A stretch of 59,845 nucleotides of DNA from Hellea sp. (GTDB lineage: Bacteria; Pseudomonadota; Alphaproteobacteria; Caulobacterales; Maricaulaceae): the NCBI GenBank assembly GCA_020630275.1, contig JAHDBU010000003.1, positions 1-59,845 on the forward strand, given 5' to 3'. Shown here in pieces: positions 59,201-59,845 of this stretch. Made by a program: the position numbers and the translations under genes. Each line of letters begins with the position of its first letter. Position 1 is the first letter of the stretch. The notes under the pieces were generated by a model that was not told the origin of the DNA, made no database searches, and saw nothing but the letters and a program-made list of their open reading frames with translations.

Positions 59201-59422
59201 TGGAGCGAGATCTTTGAGCGCGCCCCTGTTGGCAATACCTATGTGAACCGGAATATTACCGGTGCCGTCGTTGGGTCTCAGCCTTTTGGCGGGCAGGGAC
59301 TTTCAGGTACCGGTTTCAAAGCCGGTGGACCGCGCTATCTTTACCGATTTGCCCATGAGAAAACGCTAACGGTTAATACCATGGCGTCGGGTGGCAATGC
59401 TGATCTACTGACATTGGAGTAG
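56300..59422 (+). CDS. putA: Bifunctional proline dehydrogenase / L-glutamate-gamma-semialdehyde dehydrogenase
   Basis: 1040 aa; PRODH barrel region (VRLVKGAYWDSE, FATHNAHT) followed by an ALDH domain (ISPWNFPLAI, ETGGQN, GQRCSA). Confidence 0.93.
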   Translation: MSTAKNPFQNIFERKYTPEDVVVAELLNDNQLNSEQLQNIEDTAANLVQAFRDRPQKPDMLDSFLQEYGLSNQEGIALMCLAEALLRIPDKATRDDLIADKIAPRDWASHLGNASSALVNFSTIGLLMTGRVTSMDDDFSVEPVNFIEKMINRLGEPVIRRSVVRAMKILGGEFVLGETLSDAQRRGKKFFGSDQIYSFDMLGEGARTFPDAQRYFDAYKQAIEHIGQLDQGKSIFDRSGISVKLSAIHPRYEYLNKDAAVREVGAGLLKLAQLAAQLDIKLTVDAEEADRLELSLEIYEYVARAMVGSDWHGFGLAIQAYGKRARQVIAWVADLGAELGSRFMVRLVKGAYWDSEIKHAQEEGLPGFPVFTRKSTTDLSYMVCAQDMLARNNILFCQFATHNAHTIAAIIEMTQGQAFEFEFQRLHGMGEAIYGVSEKHFDDFPPVRIYAPVGGHKDLLAYLVRRLLENGANSSFVNRFMDAEIPPHDVVKDPVAVTSALTEIAHPLIPPPVRIFGMSRNNSKGFDMSVAENLEQLNATLDDIYSQTFNVSSLWPFEGQGSGTPVANVNPAHLDDVIGQVRYCSEEDINKGFAAAKKAQKAWDRLGGAKRAEIIRRAGQALEDQTLRFMAILTREAGKTHDDTLAEVREAVDFFRYYADQAEKEFETAQELPGPTGEANSISLTGCGVFVCISPWNFPLAIFLGQLVAALAAGNTVIAKPAEQTPIVAVEAVKLLHEAGVPKDVLMLALGDGKIGAALTGHKDVAGVAFTGSTEVAKIINRALASKDGPIVPLIAETGGQNVMFVDSTALLEQVTDDVIKSAFKSAGQRCSALRVLYLQEDIADNAITMIKGAMEALNIGDPRKLETDIGPIIDQDAMKSLQAHASEMTKQKALIYDVASDGLTGGTYLTPKLFEISDINDLSKEHFGPILHVIRFKLDELDDTLKSAFSTGYGLTLGIHTRMDTRWSEIFERAPVGNTYVNRNITGAVVGSQPFGGQGLSGTGFKAGGPRYLYRFAHEKTLTVNTMASGGNADLLTLE

Positions 59423-59517
59423 GTTTTGCACGCCGCGTTAACAACAAATTAACCATAGGCGTAGTCAAATAGAAATGTATTTATCGAATCTGTGCGCGGG
59501 GCCCGGGGAGGGAACTC

Positions 59518-59845
59518 ATGGTAGATTTAAAAGAACTAGGTGCCGAGCATCTCAGTAAAAAAGGTTGGGCCAACCTGGTGGCGAGCCTTGAGGAAGTCAA
59601 TAAGGCGAGGACCGATCCACGTTTCTTCCGCCAAGTTGATCGCTTTTTGCGTCATTTCAGGGAACTCACATCTGTGGCTGTGGAACTCAATTCCAACAAA
59701 GAGGCCGCAGAGACAGCCTATGATCACGTTAAGGCCACCAAAATTTTCGCCCGCAATAAATCCATCAATCGCTTCGAAGACATCCATAAACAAGCTTACG
59801 ATGTCTGCCTGGAAGCGTTAAATCAAGATTTTGAAAATATGTACC
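59518..59845 (+). CDS. Hypothetical protein, N-terminal 109 codons; continues beyond the window
   Basis: ATG at 59518 preceded by GGGGAGGG. The frame stays open to the window end (MVDLKELGAEHLSKKGWANLVASLEEVNKARTDPRFFRQVDRFLRHFRELT..). It is not in the ORF track because it is open-ended. No family recognised. Confidence 0.5.
   Translation, partial: MVDLKELGAEHLSKKGWANLVASLEEVNKARTDPRFFRQVDRFLRHFRELTSVAVELNSNKEAAETAYDHVKATKIFARNKSINRFEDIHKQAYDVCLEALNQDFENMY

Noticed and set aside
59536-59821. Track ORFs 59536..59793 (-) and 59540..59821 (+).
   Set aside because: They overlap a better-supported open-ended frame starting at 59518, which has a strong RBS. They are treated as shadow ORFs.

Overview
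This 59.8 kb window looks like chromosomal DNA from an alphaproteobacterium, probably a marine, polysaccharide-degrading one. The left 11.8 kb, all on the minus strand, carries the housekeeping string typical of that class: rplU-rpmA-GNAT-obg-proB-proA-nadD-rsfS-rlmH-M23/EnvC-like-ctpA(x2)-YibQ-like deacetylase-rppH. I saw no rRNA, tRNA, CRISPR array, transposase or integrase.

The standout feature is a 7.86 kb gene (11985..19847, minus strand) directly upstream of rplU.
- It encodes a secreted protein of about 2,620 aa made almost entirely of one 23-aa (69-bp) repeat in two charge-inverted versions.
- There are 43 acidic units (consensus VVVQEASTELVTIPATYETVTET, essentially no Lys/Arg) and then 40 basic units (consensus VVKTPARTVEKVIPAVTKQVSRR).
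- The two arrays are joined by a hinge that re-uses the N-terminal seed motif. They are followed by a PG_binding_1-like peptidoglycan-binding domain and bracketed by Gly-rich GxVDxSGNIV motifs.
- I treat this as the most likely undescribed element in the window.

The rest of the window contains:
- an HAD hydrolase, an M16 lipoprotein peptidase, a solitary sdhB, and kynU;
- an exported-hydrolase patch: an alpha/beta-hydrolase lipoprotein, two tandem GH10 xylanase lipoproteins with poly-Pro linkers, a nitrilase and a type-B carboxylesterase;
- arsC, a TM-helix-repeat membrane protein, and zapE preceded by a candidate 33-aa membrane ORF;
- a DUF4212 plus sodium:solute symporter pair, and a CDP-alcohol phosphatidyltransferase plus nucleotidyltransferase pair;
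- a galactoside utilisation locus: an SSF transporter-GH42-galE-galK-galT operon, a DeoR regulator with recognisable palindromic operators, and a TonB-dependent receptor-Trp-halogenase-like-SapC-GH36 operon;
- an Lrp-family regulator plus putA.

Partial genes run off both window edges and are absent from the supplied ORF track.
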